Positions 9,530-19,734 of a DNA stretch of 64,000 nucleotides are shown piece by piece. The notes under the pieces were generated by a model that was not told the origin of the DNA, searched no databases, and saw nothing but the letters and a program-made list of their open reading frames with translations. Source of the stretch: Candidatus Woesearchaeota archaeon (GTDB lineage Archaea; Nanobdellota; Nanobdellia; Woesearchaeales; UBA11576); the NCBI GenBank assembly GCA_018668595.1, contig JABJCP010000026.1, positions 323 through 64,322 of the forward strand. The letters run 5' to 3'. Within the stretch, counting starts at the first letter, position 1. Every line of letters starts with the position of its first letter. Both the position numbers and the translations under genes were made by a program.

Positions 9530-10239
9530 CTCGATCTTAGCATTTCTGAAATAGTTACAATTTTATATCCTTTATTTTTAATTCCTTTGATCACATAAGG
9601 TAATGCGTTTACTGTTTCTTTTCGAGTTTTTCCACCACCATCGTGAAACAATATTATATCTCCATGTTCTACATTATCTAAAACTTTAGTTATTATTTGT
9701 TCAGAAGATAAACCAAGATAATCTCGACTGTCTAAATTAAAATTGATAACTTGTAGTCCGAGTGATTCGACAATTTTTATTTGCTTCGGAGTTATCAGCC
9801 CATTTGGAGGTCTAAAATATTTTATTTCTGATGTATCAAAGTCATCAATTCCTGAATTTCCCAAAACTGATTTTGAAAGATAGATTTCTTGAATCAATAT
9901 TCTATCCTCAGTATTTGGCATAAATGGATGAGAGTATGTGTGAATTCCAACTTCATGACCTTGCCCTACTACTTGAGAAAAAATCTCTGGTTGAAATTCA
10001 ACATTTTGTCCCAACACAAAAAAAGTAGCTTTCACATTTTCTTCTTGGAGAATATCCAATATTTGTTCTGTGTATGGAGAATTTGGACCATCATCAAATG
10101 TTAGTGCCACACAATCTGAGCACTCACCTTTCCAAACTATTTGTTGCATTGGATTTGCAAAGTAAACAACCAACAATATGATTAGGAAAGACACAGCTGC
10201 CAAAAGCCCAATTAATGTTTTTAGATGTAAATCTCGCAC
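9526..10239 (-). CDS. Polysaccharide deacetylase (NodB homology) with N-terminal membrane anchor
   Basis: VALTFDDGP, ATFFVLG, GIHTYSHP, FRPPNG and IILFHD. Start placed at GTG 10239. Confidence 0.9.
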   Translation of the reverse strand: MRDLHLKTLIGLLAAVSFLIILLVVYFANPMQQIVWKGECSDCVALTFDDGPNSPYTEQILDILQEENVKATFFVLGQNVEFQPEIFSQVVGQGHEVGIHTYSHPFMPNTEDRILIQEIYLSKSVLGNSGIDDFDTSEIKYFRPPNGLITPKQIKIVESLGLQVINFNLDSRDYLGLSSEQIITKVLDNVEHGDIILFHDGGGKTRKETVNALPYVIKGIKNKGYKIVTISEMLRSS

Positions 10240-10469
10240 AACCACAATAATAAGGTAAATATTCACTTGATTTATAAATATTTTAGCTTTTCGCAGAAAA
10301 ACCACCCATTTTACTACTAAATAATGGCTAAAAAAACGAAACATTTATATATAATAAACACACCATATATTACAAGAAGAAGGCAATTTTATCATGATTT
10401 GTTGAGAATCAGTTTATTCAATTTTTTATTAAATTAGAGTTTAGCCACTAGGCTATAAGGCGAGAAAAG

Positions 10470-11060
10470 GTGTTGAGATTGGATGGAAGAAGTACTTATA
10501 CAAAATTAGAAGAACTTGGATTTAAACCAAGTATTATCGAAAAGATTCTTGCAATAGAGGCAGCACACGAAACTAATAGTCTCGCCAATAAATGTAGTAA
10601 AACAAGATCTGAAAATCAAGAAATGATAGCAGAAGCTGATAAATTAGCCGACGAGTATAATGTAGAAGGAAACATAGTTCTTCACGTAAAAGACGAGGAC
10701 TTGCCCGCAATTGATGATTTATTAAAAACAGAGCTTAATCTTAAGCCAGCTGATGACGATAATTGGGGAATTAGAGAAGGAAGTTGTACAAAGTGTCTCG
10801 TCTTTGAAAATCTAGATTATGTACGCGAAGGTCAAAAACCAGGAGTATTTAGAGTTCATTTAAGACCCTCTTACTTAAATCTAGAAGGAAAAGAAAAACA
10901 TGCAACAGTAAAGTTCCAATACTGGGATCAAAGAATTAACAAAAGGGCATATCAAGAAGATCCAATGCTGCAAGCAATAGACTTAATATTAATTCAAGAC
11001 ATCACACCCACACAAATTACAAACACTGGCGGAGAACCAATTGACAAGTACAATCAATAA
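10470..11060 (+). CDS. Hypothetical protein
   Basis: 196-aa ORF with protein-like composition; AAGGTG just before the TTG start; no motif recognised. Confidence 0.6.
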   Translation: MLRLDGRSTYTKLEELGFKPSIIEKILAIEAAHETNSLANKCSKTRSENQEMIAEADKLADEYNVEGNIVLHVKDEDLPAIDDLLKTELNLKPADDDNWGIREGSCTKCLVFENLDYVREGQKPGVFRVHLRPSYLNLEGKEKHATVKFQYWDQRINKRAYQEDPMLQAIDLILIQDITPTQITNTGGEPIDKYNQ

Positions 11061-11498
11061 TTACAAAAATACCCTTAATCGCAATATAACTGCAATATAA
11101 TACAATATAATCACTACAACCCTACAAATCATTCTACATAATAATTTTTTTCGTAATTTTTTCTCATTTTTCTTCTCGAGAATAACAAAAACAGAAGTTA
11201 TTGAAGAAATAATTCTACCAGTATACGAAAAGGTACAATCGGAAGTAACGGAAATAGGGGAAAAAACGGAACATTTATATATTTCATCAGACTACTAGAT
11301 TATAGAGTTGTTGGGGGTGCTTTTATCAAACCTCCTTACTCGCCTCTTTACTCGCCTCGTTTTTTTTTCTTTTTTTCTTTTTCCAAAAAATAATAAATAA
11401 AAAACAGATAACAGATTATTCCTTCTCATAAATATATCTCACCCTAACACATATAATTTAATTAGAGCACATTTACACAATTAAAGAATTAAATTAAT

Positions 11499-12059
11499 TT
11501 ATTTAGCCATCCAAATACCTACAACAACAAATGAAAATCCCATTATTGCAAAAAGAAATATCAAATTTAAAGTTGATTCTGTAAACAAAGGAGATATATC
11601 CAGGGTTTTTGGAGGTGGTGCATCAGGCATTATTACATCAGCAAATGAAACTGCGTTTCCCGAAATAGGAATTTCTCCTTTTTCTAAAAGTGATTGTCCA
11701 AAAACAAGAGATGCACCCAATGCGAAAATTATAAAAACAATCACCCCCACATATGTTCTCGTCGACGGATGAGTAAAAAAACTAGCAACATCCAGAGTTT
11801 TAGTTCCAAATGGCCCATACAATAGTGCACCTAAACCCAATGCGACAACAAGCAATGCGAGAAATGGAATAGAAAAACCCACAATATCTAAAATTGGTTT
11901 GAATAAAACAAGAATAACTATTATAAAAAATAATACAAGACCAGGACCTTGAGATATTTTATTCAACGGAGCCCATTGTTTAAGCAACGCATTTGCAAAT
12001 ACAACTATCACAATAAACGTGAAGATATATAACATAATAGTGCTCAAATCAAACATCAT
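11499..12059 (-). CDS. Multi-pass membrane protein, function unknown
   Basis: About five hydrophobic helices; GGGGG RBS-like sequence upstream. Confidence 0.75.
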   Translation of the reverse strand: MMFDLSTIMLYIFTFIVIVVFANALLKQWAPLNKISQGPGLVLFFIIVILVLFKPILDIVGFSIPFLALLVVALGLGALLYGPFGTKTLDVASFFTHPSTRTYVGVIVFIIFALGASLVFGQSLLEKGEIPISGNAVSFADVIMPDAPPPKTLDISPLFTESTLNLIFLFAIMGFSFVVVGIWMAK

Positions 12060-12143
12060 TTAAACCCCCTAAAACCAATAATGATCAATGTTGTAGATTG
12101 TTTATCTCATATATAAATTTGAGGGTTTTGATAGTATTTCAAA

Positions 12144-13088
12144 GTGATAACATTTATAAATAAGAAGGTCATAACTACAAATATGGGGGAAGAAAATGAT
12201 CACAATAGCACGTACAGCTTTACTGATGCTTTAGATAGAAATATAAGCTTAAGAAAGAAAAATGGCTCTCTTTCAGAAGTTATAATAAGTTTATTTAGAG
12301 ATTCTTATTTTATCCAACCAGATGCTATGAGATTTGCAATATTAGGAGATCTTCATGGACACATAACATTAGCACTCAATCAAATACATAAATGGGAACA
12401 ATTTTCTAATCTTAAATTTGATGCAATTTTACAAGTTGGAGATATCGGAGCATTTAATGAACATACTGTACTCGATAAAGTTACATTAGAAATGAGTGAG
12501 AAAGATCCTGACGAATTAGGATTTAAAAATTATCTTAATCAATCTAAAGAAGGCGATTTTTTCTTTGGAGAAAACGGAGTTTTAAAGAACACACCTTTTT
12601 ATTTCATTAATGGTAATCATGACGATTTAAAACTTCTTGAATCTAAAAACAATGATTTAAACAAAATTTGTTATTATTCACAAATTGAATATATTCCTAG
12701 TGGGAAAAAAATTACCTTAGAAAAAAAAGATTTAAAATCGACAATAGGCAGTTTAGGTTATACCTATGCTAATCGAGATTTAAAATTAATATCTAATGAC
12801 ATAAATATTCTTTTAAGTCACGTACCTCCTAAATCTCACTTAAATGAATATGGAGATCAAAACATTACAGAGCTTAAAACAATTCTACCCGACGCATTTC
12901 ATTTTTTTGGCCATTCACACGATCAAGCCGTTTCTCAATCAGTTCCTTACAAAAATCAATATGGACTTAATGAAGTTAACATAAAAAAAGGAGAGTTAAA
13001 ACAAAGCAGTATTGGTTTTCTAGAAATTTCTCAGACAAATTCTCAATTTTTATACTTACCTTCAAAATTAATTCCTAAAAAATCCTGA
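12144..13088 (+). CDS. Calcineurin-like metallophosphoesterase (start uncertain)
   Basis: GDLHG, QVGD, GNHD, LLSH and FFGHSH motifs. Confidence 0.88.
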   Translation: MITFINKKVITTNMGEENDHNSTYSFTDALDRNISLRKKNGSLSEVIISLFRDSYFIQPDAMRFAILGDLHGHITLALNQIHKWEQFSNLKFDAILQVGDIGAFNEHTVLDKVTLEMSEKDPDELGFKNYLNQSKEGDFFFGENGVLKNTPFYFINGNHDDLKLLESKNNDLNKICYYSQIEYIPSGKKITLEKKDLKSTIGSLGYTYANRDLKLISNDINILLSHVPPKSHLNEYGDQNITELKTILPDAFHFFGHSHDQAVSQSVPYKNQYGLNEVNIKKGELKQSSIGFLEISQTNSQFLYLPSKLIPKKS

Positions 13089-13110
13089 TAAAAAAATTTG
13101 AATAAACTAA

Positions 13111-14151
13111 TTAAGATAATCTAACATTTTCTTTAAAAACATCAATGTGTTCATCATCTGCTAAATTATGCTTATAAAAATCCTGATCTACCACAACAAG
13201 ACCTATCTTTCTATCTCTTCTTTTTGCAAAAGACAAATCTCGTAAGAAATGAAATATTTTATTAAACGGACCTAATTTTTCAGCATTTGATTCATAATAT
13301 GGTCCATGATATTGACCTTCTTTAAACAAACATCTACCTTCTAATGTAATTTGTTTAATTGTTTTTGTTTCAATAACAATCCCTAAATCAACATCGCTAA
13401 TTCTTTCAAAATCAGTAGGTAAACCTTTATGTTTACTATACTGCGAAGCAAATCCTGTTACAAGACTTCCATATAAGGATATTCTAATATGAATTACTCC
13501 ACTAACATCTAATCGAATAAACTTCATAAAATAGTCAGAATGAATATATTCTTTTAATTTATTTTTAATCAAAATAAATTCTCGTTCAGTAACTGTAGGT
13601 CCTGGTTGATTCAAGATTATTTCTTCAATTTGTAATTTCAAATATTTTTCTATTTTCTTTTTTAATCTTTTATTTGTTTTTAATTTGAAAAACTGAGAAT
13701 GCTTTTGGATAAATTTAGAAATTAATTCATTTGTTAATTCATGATATTCTAATAAATAATGAAAATCATCAATAACTTCGGTTTGTTTTTTTAGGTGTAA
13801 TTCTTCAGTTAATTTGATCGAGTCAATAACTTTGTTTATGTGTTTAACAAGATGAATTAAATTTTCGTGCTCAGATGGTCTTGCAAGATCTTTTATTTCT
13901 TCTAAAACCTCTTTTGCTTTTCGATAAACTGCATCATCTTGACGCATCAATTCAATAAGAATTTTTCGATCAATATGCCCTGCATCACAAATATGTTCAA
14001 AGAATTTAGGTGATCCCTCAGGGTGACTTAGTATTTGTTTTAGCTCTTTTTTTATTAATTCTAGATTTAACAATATAACTCTAGCATCATCAAGACCATT
14101 AGCCAATTTTTTTTCTATATTCTTTTTTTTAAAATAAGTCAAGATACCCAT
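13111..14151 (-). CDS. Helical N-terminus plus C-terminal Pol-beta-type nucleotidyltransferase-like domain
   Basis: LYGSLVTGF...RISDVDLGI matches a GS...DxD motif with an insertion, followed by KIGLVVVD. Start placed at ATG 14151 (MGILTYF). Confidence 0.55.
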   Translation of the reverse strand: MGILTYFKKKNIEKKLANGLDDARVILLNLELIKKELKQILSHPEGSPKFFEHICDAGHIDRKILIELMRQDDAVYRKAKEVLEEIKDLARPSEHENLIHLVKHINKVIDSIKLTEELHLKKQTEVIDDFHYLLEYHELTNELISKFIQKHSQFFKLKTNKRLKKKIEKYLKLQIEEIILNQPGPTVTEREFILIKNKLKEYIHSDYFMKFIRLDVSGVIHIRISLYGSLVTGFASQYSKHKGLPTDFERISDVDLGIVIETKTIKQITLEGRCLFKEGQYHGPYYESNAEKLGPFNKIFHFLRDLSFAKRRDRKIGLVVVDQDFYKHNLADDEHIDVFKENVRLS

Positions 14152-14272
14152 TATATGAATATAATAATAATAATAACATTTAAAGCTTTCTAAATTACTA
14201 AACAAAACACATAAAACCTCTGCAGTAAAAGAAATATTTATTAATGCGAACGATTCACAAAAAACCAACAAA

Positions 14273-15055
14273 ATGAATATCCTAATTCAAAACAAATTAA
14301 ATGAAAAACTCGACGCAGTAATCGAAGGAAACAAAGAGTCTAATCAAATTAACATTTTTGTCCATGGTTTTGGCACTAATAAAGATGAAGGATTTAATAT
14401 ATTCAAAGATCTTTCAGACTGTTTAAAACAAGATTTTCTCAACATCAGGTTTGATTTATCAGGTTATGGAAAAAGCGAAGGCAAAGATTATGAATTTAAT
14501 CTTGACAAAGCAGCAGACGATATTGAGTCAGTAATAAATTATGTAAAAAAACAATATTCCACCAAAAAAATAAACATTATCGCACACTCCCTTGGAACAT
14601 TTGCAGTAATGAGTCTGTCTCCTGCAAATATTACTAACATTACTAAAATAATCTTCACAGGAATTCCTAATTCAAAAACAGACTTTGTAGTAAAAGGAAT
14701 TCAAAAAAGAATATCCTCAAAAGGAGGAGAAATAAATGAATCAGGAATCACAACATATCCTCGATCAAGTGGTACCAAAGATATGATCGGTCCACAGTTT
14801 TGGACGACATTAAAAAATTTAAATCCATTAGAAGCACTAACCCATATTGGGAACAAAACAAACATAACTATTTTTAAGCCAATGCAAGATGAAGTGCTAG
14901 AGTATAAATATTTTGAAGAATATAAAAAAATAAGCGACAAAGAAGAAAATAAAAACCAAATTAATTATATTGAGCTCAACGGAGACCATAATTTTTCTAA
15001 ACCAAAAAATCGTAAGAATTTATTTGAACAAATAAAAAAAATATTATTATCTTAA
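14273..15055 (+). CDS. Alpha/beta hydrolase
   Basis: FVHGF, RFDLSGYGKSEG, nucleophile AHSLG, DEV and C-terminal GDHNF. Confidence 0.9.
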   Translation: MNILIQNKLNEKLDAVIEGNKESNQINIFVHGFGTNKDEGFNIFKDLSDCLKQDFLNIRFDLSGYGKSEGKDYEFNLDKAADDIESVINYVKKQYSTKKINIIAHSLGTFAVMSLSPANITNITKIIFTGIPNSKTDFVVKGIQKRISSKGGEINESGITTYPRSSGTKDMIGPQFWTTLKNLNPLEALTHIGNKTNITIFKPMQDEVLEYKYFEEYKKISDKEENKNQINYIELNGDHNFSKPKNRKNLFEQIKKILLS

Positions 15056-15933
15056 TGTTTATTAAACAAAATCAATCCCGATCTACGCATACTTCCAAAT
15101 TCTATTAAATTTGAACGCACAATTATTTCAGAACCAATATTGCCAGAATCAGATATAACTATTTTATTTCCTTTATTAAAGAGTTTATGATCTGAATTTT
15201 CACTAGTCAATAAAACTCCAGAATAATCAAAACCAGAACTATTAAATTTACAATGTTCAAAAACATGAACTCCTGTTTCATTCGAGTAATAAACCCCCAA
15301 ACTTAGTTTCTCCTTCAACCAATCTGCAAACTCAGAATTTAATTCACACACCGAGTCAAAATATCCATTAGCAATATCAATTGCACAACCACATTGAAAT
15401 GAGCAAGGGTAAAAGTCAATTAAAAGCAAACCAAAAAATCGCAGTAAATAATTAAGTCCAAAATAAACATCAGAAGCAGATTCACTATTTTGCATTGTGA
15501 TAATTGTATGATCTTTGTGAAAAAACTGTTCAGCCAGCCCATAATTTTTCATATAAAATCTTGCACAACATTCAGGATATCCCAATAACAAGCCAAGATT
15601 ATAATCATCTTGATTTGATTCATAGACTTTTGCTTTTTCTACAAGAGCTAAATCTTTTGAAAAGTAAACAAATCTCTTATCACCAACAAGGAAATCAGAG
15701 TAAACAAAGTGTAGCCCTAATTTTTCGCAAGCAGAACTTAGCCAAATTAAAACATCATCAGAAATAACCAGTTCAAATCGAGATACTGGTTTTAAACCTA
15801 AATGTGCAAAATAAACATTAATTGCATCCATGGGATTTTCAAATACTGCTAATAAATCAACACCACAACAAACTAACTTAAACTTACTTTTACATTCCTT
15901 AATTAATTTGTTTTTATCAGACATGCCAAACAC
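15052..15933 (-). CDS. DUF483-like protein
   Basis: LGLLLGYPECC..F and FYPCSFQC motifs. Confidence 0.65.
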   Translation of the reverse strand: MFGMSDKNKLIKECKSKFKLVCCGVDLLAVFENPMDAINVYFAHLGLKPVSRFELVISDDVLIWLSSACEKLGLHFVYSDFLVGDKRFVYFSKDLALVEKAKVYESNQDDYNLGLLLGYPECCARFYMKNYGLAEQFFHKDHTIITMQNSESASDVYFGLNYLLRFFGLLLIDFYPCSFQCGCAIDIANGYFDSVCELNSEFADWLKEKLSLGVYYSNETGVHVFEHCKFNSSGFDYSGVLLTSENSDHKLFNKGNKIVISDSGNIGSEIIVRSNLIEFGSMRRSGLILFNKH

Positions 15934-16037
15934 TAAACAGAGAAATAGTTTTGTTTTATTAAATATATCTTAACTAGAAACAATAAGTCAACACGTTATC
16001 AAAAAATTATTAAACAACCGCTCAAATCACTAAATCT

Positions 16038-16625
16038 ATGCCTTTTAAAAACGATAAGCGAAATTGCTTGCTTAAACTTGAAGAATTTGATAAAAGCCGC
16101 AAAGGTGATGTTGATAAACATGTTAGACCAATAATAGAATATTTAAATTCCTTAGATGACTATTATACTACTAGTAGTTGTTCTGGGAGAATCATTTTAC
16201 TAACAGTTCCAAAATCCAATAAAAAACACGAATTTGAATGGTTGTTTTGTAAACACGATACAATAACTTTTGAAGAATTAAAATCTACATTACCTAAAGC
16301 AGAACTCACTAATGAACTTGTTTGGCTTAGAATGGAAGGTCCGATAATTCATGTTTGTTGTAAAACTATTGATCATGCAAATGAATTGTTAAAGATTGCA
16401 AGAAGTGTAGGATTTAAACGCAGCGGAATAATAACTCTTGATAGACGTGTTATTGTTGAACTCGAAAGTGCTGTTCGCGCAGACACAATGATTTCTATTA
16501 ACAAAAAAATTCTAGTTGACGATAATTATTTACAAGAATTCATACCCTTATTAAATCAAAGATTAAGTGGTGAATTTGATCGACTAAAACAATTAGACCA
16601 AGAAATTAAAAAACAAATTAAATAA
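16038..16625 (+). CDS. taw3: tRNA wybutosine-derivative methyltransferase Taw3/TYW3
   Basis: DKSRKGDVD, YYTTSSCSGRI, WLFCKHD, EGPIIHV and VGFKRSGI. Confidence 0.93.
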   Translation: MPFKNDKRNCLLKLEEFDKSRKGDVDKHVRPIIEYLNSLDDYYTTSSCSGRIILLTVPKSNKKHEFEWLFCKHDTITFEELKSTLPKAELTNELVWLRMEGPIIHVCCKTIDHANELLKIARSVGFKRSGIITLDRRVIVELESAVRADTMISINKKILVDDNYLQEFIPLLNQRLSGEFDRLKQLDQEIKKQIK

Positions 16626-16701
16626 AAAAACATCCATACTTAATATTATTTTTCTTATCAGTTTCCAAAATCTTCTTCCAAAAAGTTCTTCCGCAAAAAC
16701 T

Positions 16702-17061
16702 TTAAGAAGTGGATTCTGAGTGTCCTCTGTCTGTGTGTTTATCTGTATGACCTCTATTAAAATTATCAATATGAATTTCTGAGTGATAAGGTCCCGCACC
16801 ATAATCTTGATACGAACCTCCTTCATCAGTATGTTGATCTCTATGATTATCTGAATGATCATGATGATCATTATATTCAGAATATTCTCTTTTTTGTCGC
16901 CTATTATAATCAGTATGAGGTGCTTTTTCTTTGTAAAAAAACATAAATTTGTCTTTGTTTTCTATTCTTTGTTTTATAACTCGTTTAAGTTTATGATTGG
17001 AAATTTCATTCAAGTCTATTTTATTTCCTTTTATATTTATTAAATTTTTTTCTAAACTCAT
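16702..17061 (-). CDS. Putative RiPP precursor with repeated (H/Y)-x-(D/E) motifs (triceptide-like)
   Basis: Directly downstream of the rSAM gene. GGAGGG RBS lies 11 nt before ATG 17061; the track's GTG at 17070 is an alternative. Helical leader followed by about 13 H/Y-x-D/E triads. Confidence 0.75.
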   Translation of the reverse strand: MSLEKNLINIKGNKIDLNEISNHKLKRVIKQRIENKDKFMFFYKEKAPHTDYNRRQKREYSEYNDHHDHSDNHRDQHTDEGGSYQDYGAGPYHSEIHIDNFNRGHTDKHTDRGHSESTS

Positions 17062-17069
17062 TTTATTCA

Positions 17070-18263
17070 CTACCCTCCAACTTTTGCTTTATCTAATTCC
17101 ACGCCTATTTTTTCTGAAATATGTTTAAATAGAATTTTATAACTAGCACAGTAATAATCTCTGTCCGTTATTCTTCCTCTTCTCATATACGCGTTATGCA
17201 TACAACCAGAATTGCATATTTTTTTATATTCACAAGGTTGACAAACTTTCAAATTATCTGCTCTGTTTTGAAGTTGTTTTCTTTTTGCATTATTAATTAT
17301 TTCTTCCATGCTATTTTCATTAATATTTCCTATTTGAAATTCTTTTACTCCATCAAATCTCCCGCAAGGATAAACATCACCTTGAGGTCCTACCGATATA
17401 AAACTATTTTGACATGATGTTGAATAGTTACAGCCCCAAGGATTTTCTGTTAGTATGTTTCCTATTAGCTCTTCAAACGGATCTAATCTTAAATTATCCG
17501 AATCATAAAACCATTTATCAAATAAGTCCACCATTGCGTTACCATATTCTCTGGGACTTATGCCTAGATCTTCGTAATTTTTACATGCATTTCCTGACTT
17601 AATTAATGGATTAAGTTTCAAATTTATATCTTCTTTTTTAGCAAATTCATATATTTTAGTCAAGTGGTTTATGTTGAGTTTATTAACGACAACAATAGCT
17701 CCACCTCCAACTTTTCTTTTTTTTGCTTTTTTGATACCTCTTAAAATTTTTTTAAATGCGCTCTCATTATTTTTGAAATATCTGGTTTTGTCATTAATTT
17801 CTTTTGGACCATCTAAACTAAACCCTATATCAAAGTCATACTCTTCACAAAAATCCAAAACAGCATCAGTAATTAAAGTTCCATTAGATTGGAACCCATT
17901 CGTTATAGGGTGATACATTCTTTTCAATCCTTTGCTTTTTTTATCCCCTCCTTTTTTTCTTTCCGCTATTTTATTTATTATTTCAGCAGGAGTTGTTTGT
18001 AAGAAAAATTTTTCTTGTAGTTCTTTTGCGTTTTTGTAAAAATCAAGAGGTATTAGTAAAGGCTCTCCCCCATGCCAAATAAAACTAACACTTTTGTGAG
18101 TAGAAACTGTTTTGAATATTAAATTCTCAAGTGTTTTATTACTCATAACACCTTTTTCTGCATTTGAATCTATATAACAATAATTACAAGATAAGTTACA
18201 TAAATGAGTTGGTTTTACAATAACTGATAATCGCTTAAATGGTTTATAAGATTTTTTATTCAT
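17070..18263 (-). CDS. Radical SAM/SPASM-domain maturase
   Basis: CNLSCNYCY, WHGGEPL, QSNG, FSLDG; SPASM cysteines GCNYSTSC, GDVYPCGRF, C..CEYKKICNSGC and YYC. Confidence 0.92.
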   Translation of the reverse strand: MNKKSYKPFKRLSVIVKPTHLCNLSCNYCYIDSNAEKGVMSNKTLENLIFKTVSTHKSVSFIWHGGEPLLIPLDFYKNAKELQEKFFLQTTPAEIINKIAERKKGGDKKSKGLKRMYHPITNGFQSNGTLITDAVLDFCEEYDFDIGFSLDGPKEINDKTRYFKNNESAFKKILRGIKKAKKRKVGGGAIVVVNKLNINHLTKIYEFAKKEDINLKLNPLIKSGNACKNYEDLGISPREYGNAMVDLFDKWFYDSDNLRLDPFEELIGNILTENPWGCNYSTSCQNSFISVGPQGDVYPCGRFDGVKEFQIGNINENSMEEIINNAKRKQLQNRADNLKVCQPCEYKKICNSGCMHNAYMRRGRITDRDYYCASYKILFKHISEKIGVELDKAKVGG

Positions 18264-18322
18264 ACGTGTTTATGCAATACTTTCTTATAAATAACTATTT
18301 TCAGCTTTTTCGAAATATTTCC

Positions 18323-18351
18323 GAACATAGATTGAACATAGATTGAACATA
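18323..18351. repeat. Short tandem repeat (GAACATAGATT x2.6)
   Basis: gaacatagatt gaacatagatt gaacata, located about 60 bp upstream of the rSAM start. Confidence 0.7.
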
Positions 18352-18381
18352 TAAAGAAATAAACTTACAACTACAAACAAA

Positions 18382-19059
18382 TCAATAAGAATATGTAATA
18401 TTATGTTTCTCTTTATACCAAAGCAAAAAAACAAATTCTATTGCTAGCAACAATCCAAATTCACAAAGTACACTTGGAAATTGTACGTAAAACATTGGAA
18501 GGAAAAACAAGAAAATGACTGTAGGTACTGTAAATATCAACATGCTTAGCATCCCTAAGTAATACAGATATCTTTCTTGTTTTGTTTTTGAATCATGAGA
18601 TCCAAGGTAGGCAAGTATTGCTGATGCAAGTAAATATGTCAAATAATAAAGTGCATAAAATTTCCCTAATAATCCAAGTCCAGGATATTGAATAAATACA
18701 GTATCACAAACAGTTAATTTTGTAAAATAAAATGGCATTGAAAACATAGTTATAAAAAATACAGCAGGAAGATAAATTAATGAATGCCAATAAAACTTTA
18801 ATTTATTTCTTCTCATAATGAGCGCGTACGTTACTGCTAATGCGGGAAGTACTGCAGTTACAATCATTGCAAATCTAGCAAATAAATTTATTTCAGTAAC
18901 ACAAATTAAAAATTCATTTAACTGATACAATCCCAGCAAGAAAGATATTAATGCAATCATTTGATTCAATTTGTCTTTTGGGTTTTGAAACAAAAAATAT
19001 ATTGCAAGCAAGAATTCTATAACAAATGTCGATAATGAAATATAAGGCGCAAAACACAT
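18382..19059 (-). CDS. ~7-TM membrane protein (sensor-like 7TM fold, standalone)
   Basis: About seven hydrophobic helices and conserved-looking Cys residues (MCF.., EFLIC, PSVLC). Confidence 0.75.
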   Translation of the reverse strand: MCFAPYISLSTFVIEFLLAIYFLFQNPKDKLNQMIALISFLLGLYQLNEFLICVTEINLFARFAMIVTAVLPALAVTYALIMRRNKLKFYWHSLIYLPAVFFITMFSMPFYFTKLTVCDTVFIQYPGLGLLGKFYALYYLTYLLASAILAYLGSHDSKTKQERYLYYLGMLSMLIFTVPTVIFLFFLPMFYVQFPSVLCEFGLLLAIEFVFLLWYKEKHNITYSY

Positions 19060-19322
19060 TTTAAATATAACAAAAATTTAGAATTTATAAAATTTGCTGA
19101 ATAAACAAACAATTACCTTACAAAACCAGGACTTATTTCAATCTAAACATAAACATATTTTAAATCTAAAAAACAAAATCAAGCTCCAAAATAAGCATAT
19201 TTAAAAGCAGTTAATTTACAAAAAAATGATGAAAAACAAGAAAGTTATGATACATATTTATATATTATTAATCATTATTGCTTAAAATATATTAAAATAA
19301 CAAATATTTAGAGGTAATAACA

Positions 19323-19514
19323 ATGGTAGAAGCATATTGCGTTAAGTGTAAGAAAAAAGGTCAAAAAATGAAGGATCCAGTCATTAATCAAACTGCTAAA
19401 GGCGGATATATGGCAAAAGGTACATGTCCAGATTGTGGTTGTAAAATGTGTGCTATGATGTCAAAAGACAATGCTGAAAAAGCAGTGGCTGATGGTGCTG
19501 GAAAAGCTTATTAA
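19323..19514 (+). CDS. Small zinc-ribbon protein (DUF5679-like)
   Basis: EAYCVKCK...KGTCPDCGCKM; GAGGT RBS. Confidence 0.85.
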   Translation: MVEAYCVKCKKKGQKMKDPVINQTAKGGYMAKGTCPDCGCKMCAMMSKDNAEKAVADGAGKAY

Positions 19515-19734
19515 TTTTTTTATTTTTATTAATTATTAAAAATTTAAACAATTTATAAAATAAATTAATTACAGTTCTATTAAACTATAATATATATTAA
19601 ACTAATAATTACTCATTAAAAAAAATAATAAAATCCATAAACAATCATTAAAAAATACACTTCAAAAACACATAATCTTTCTAAAAACTAAAACTACACT
19701 TAAATTTATAAATAAACTACTAATAATAGCTAAA

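Noticed and set aside
16593-17043. ORFs 16593..16871 (-) and 16855..17043 (+)
   Set aside because: Alternate-frame or antisense shadows of the repetitive precursor gene; Ile/Met-biased composition and no RBS.
17070-18263. Anaerobic sulfatase maturase (anSME) call for the SPASM enzymes, also at 59957 and 62237
   Set aside because: The fold is similar, but no sulfatase is present and each locus has an adjacent precursor-like peptide. Not fully excluded.
18323-18351. 11-bp tandem repeat as mini-CRISPR or replication iterons
   Set aside because: Only 2.6 units, no spacers, and no cdc6/orc or rep gene nearby. Kept only as a simple repeat.
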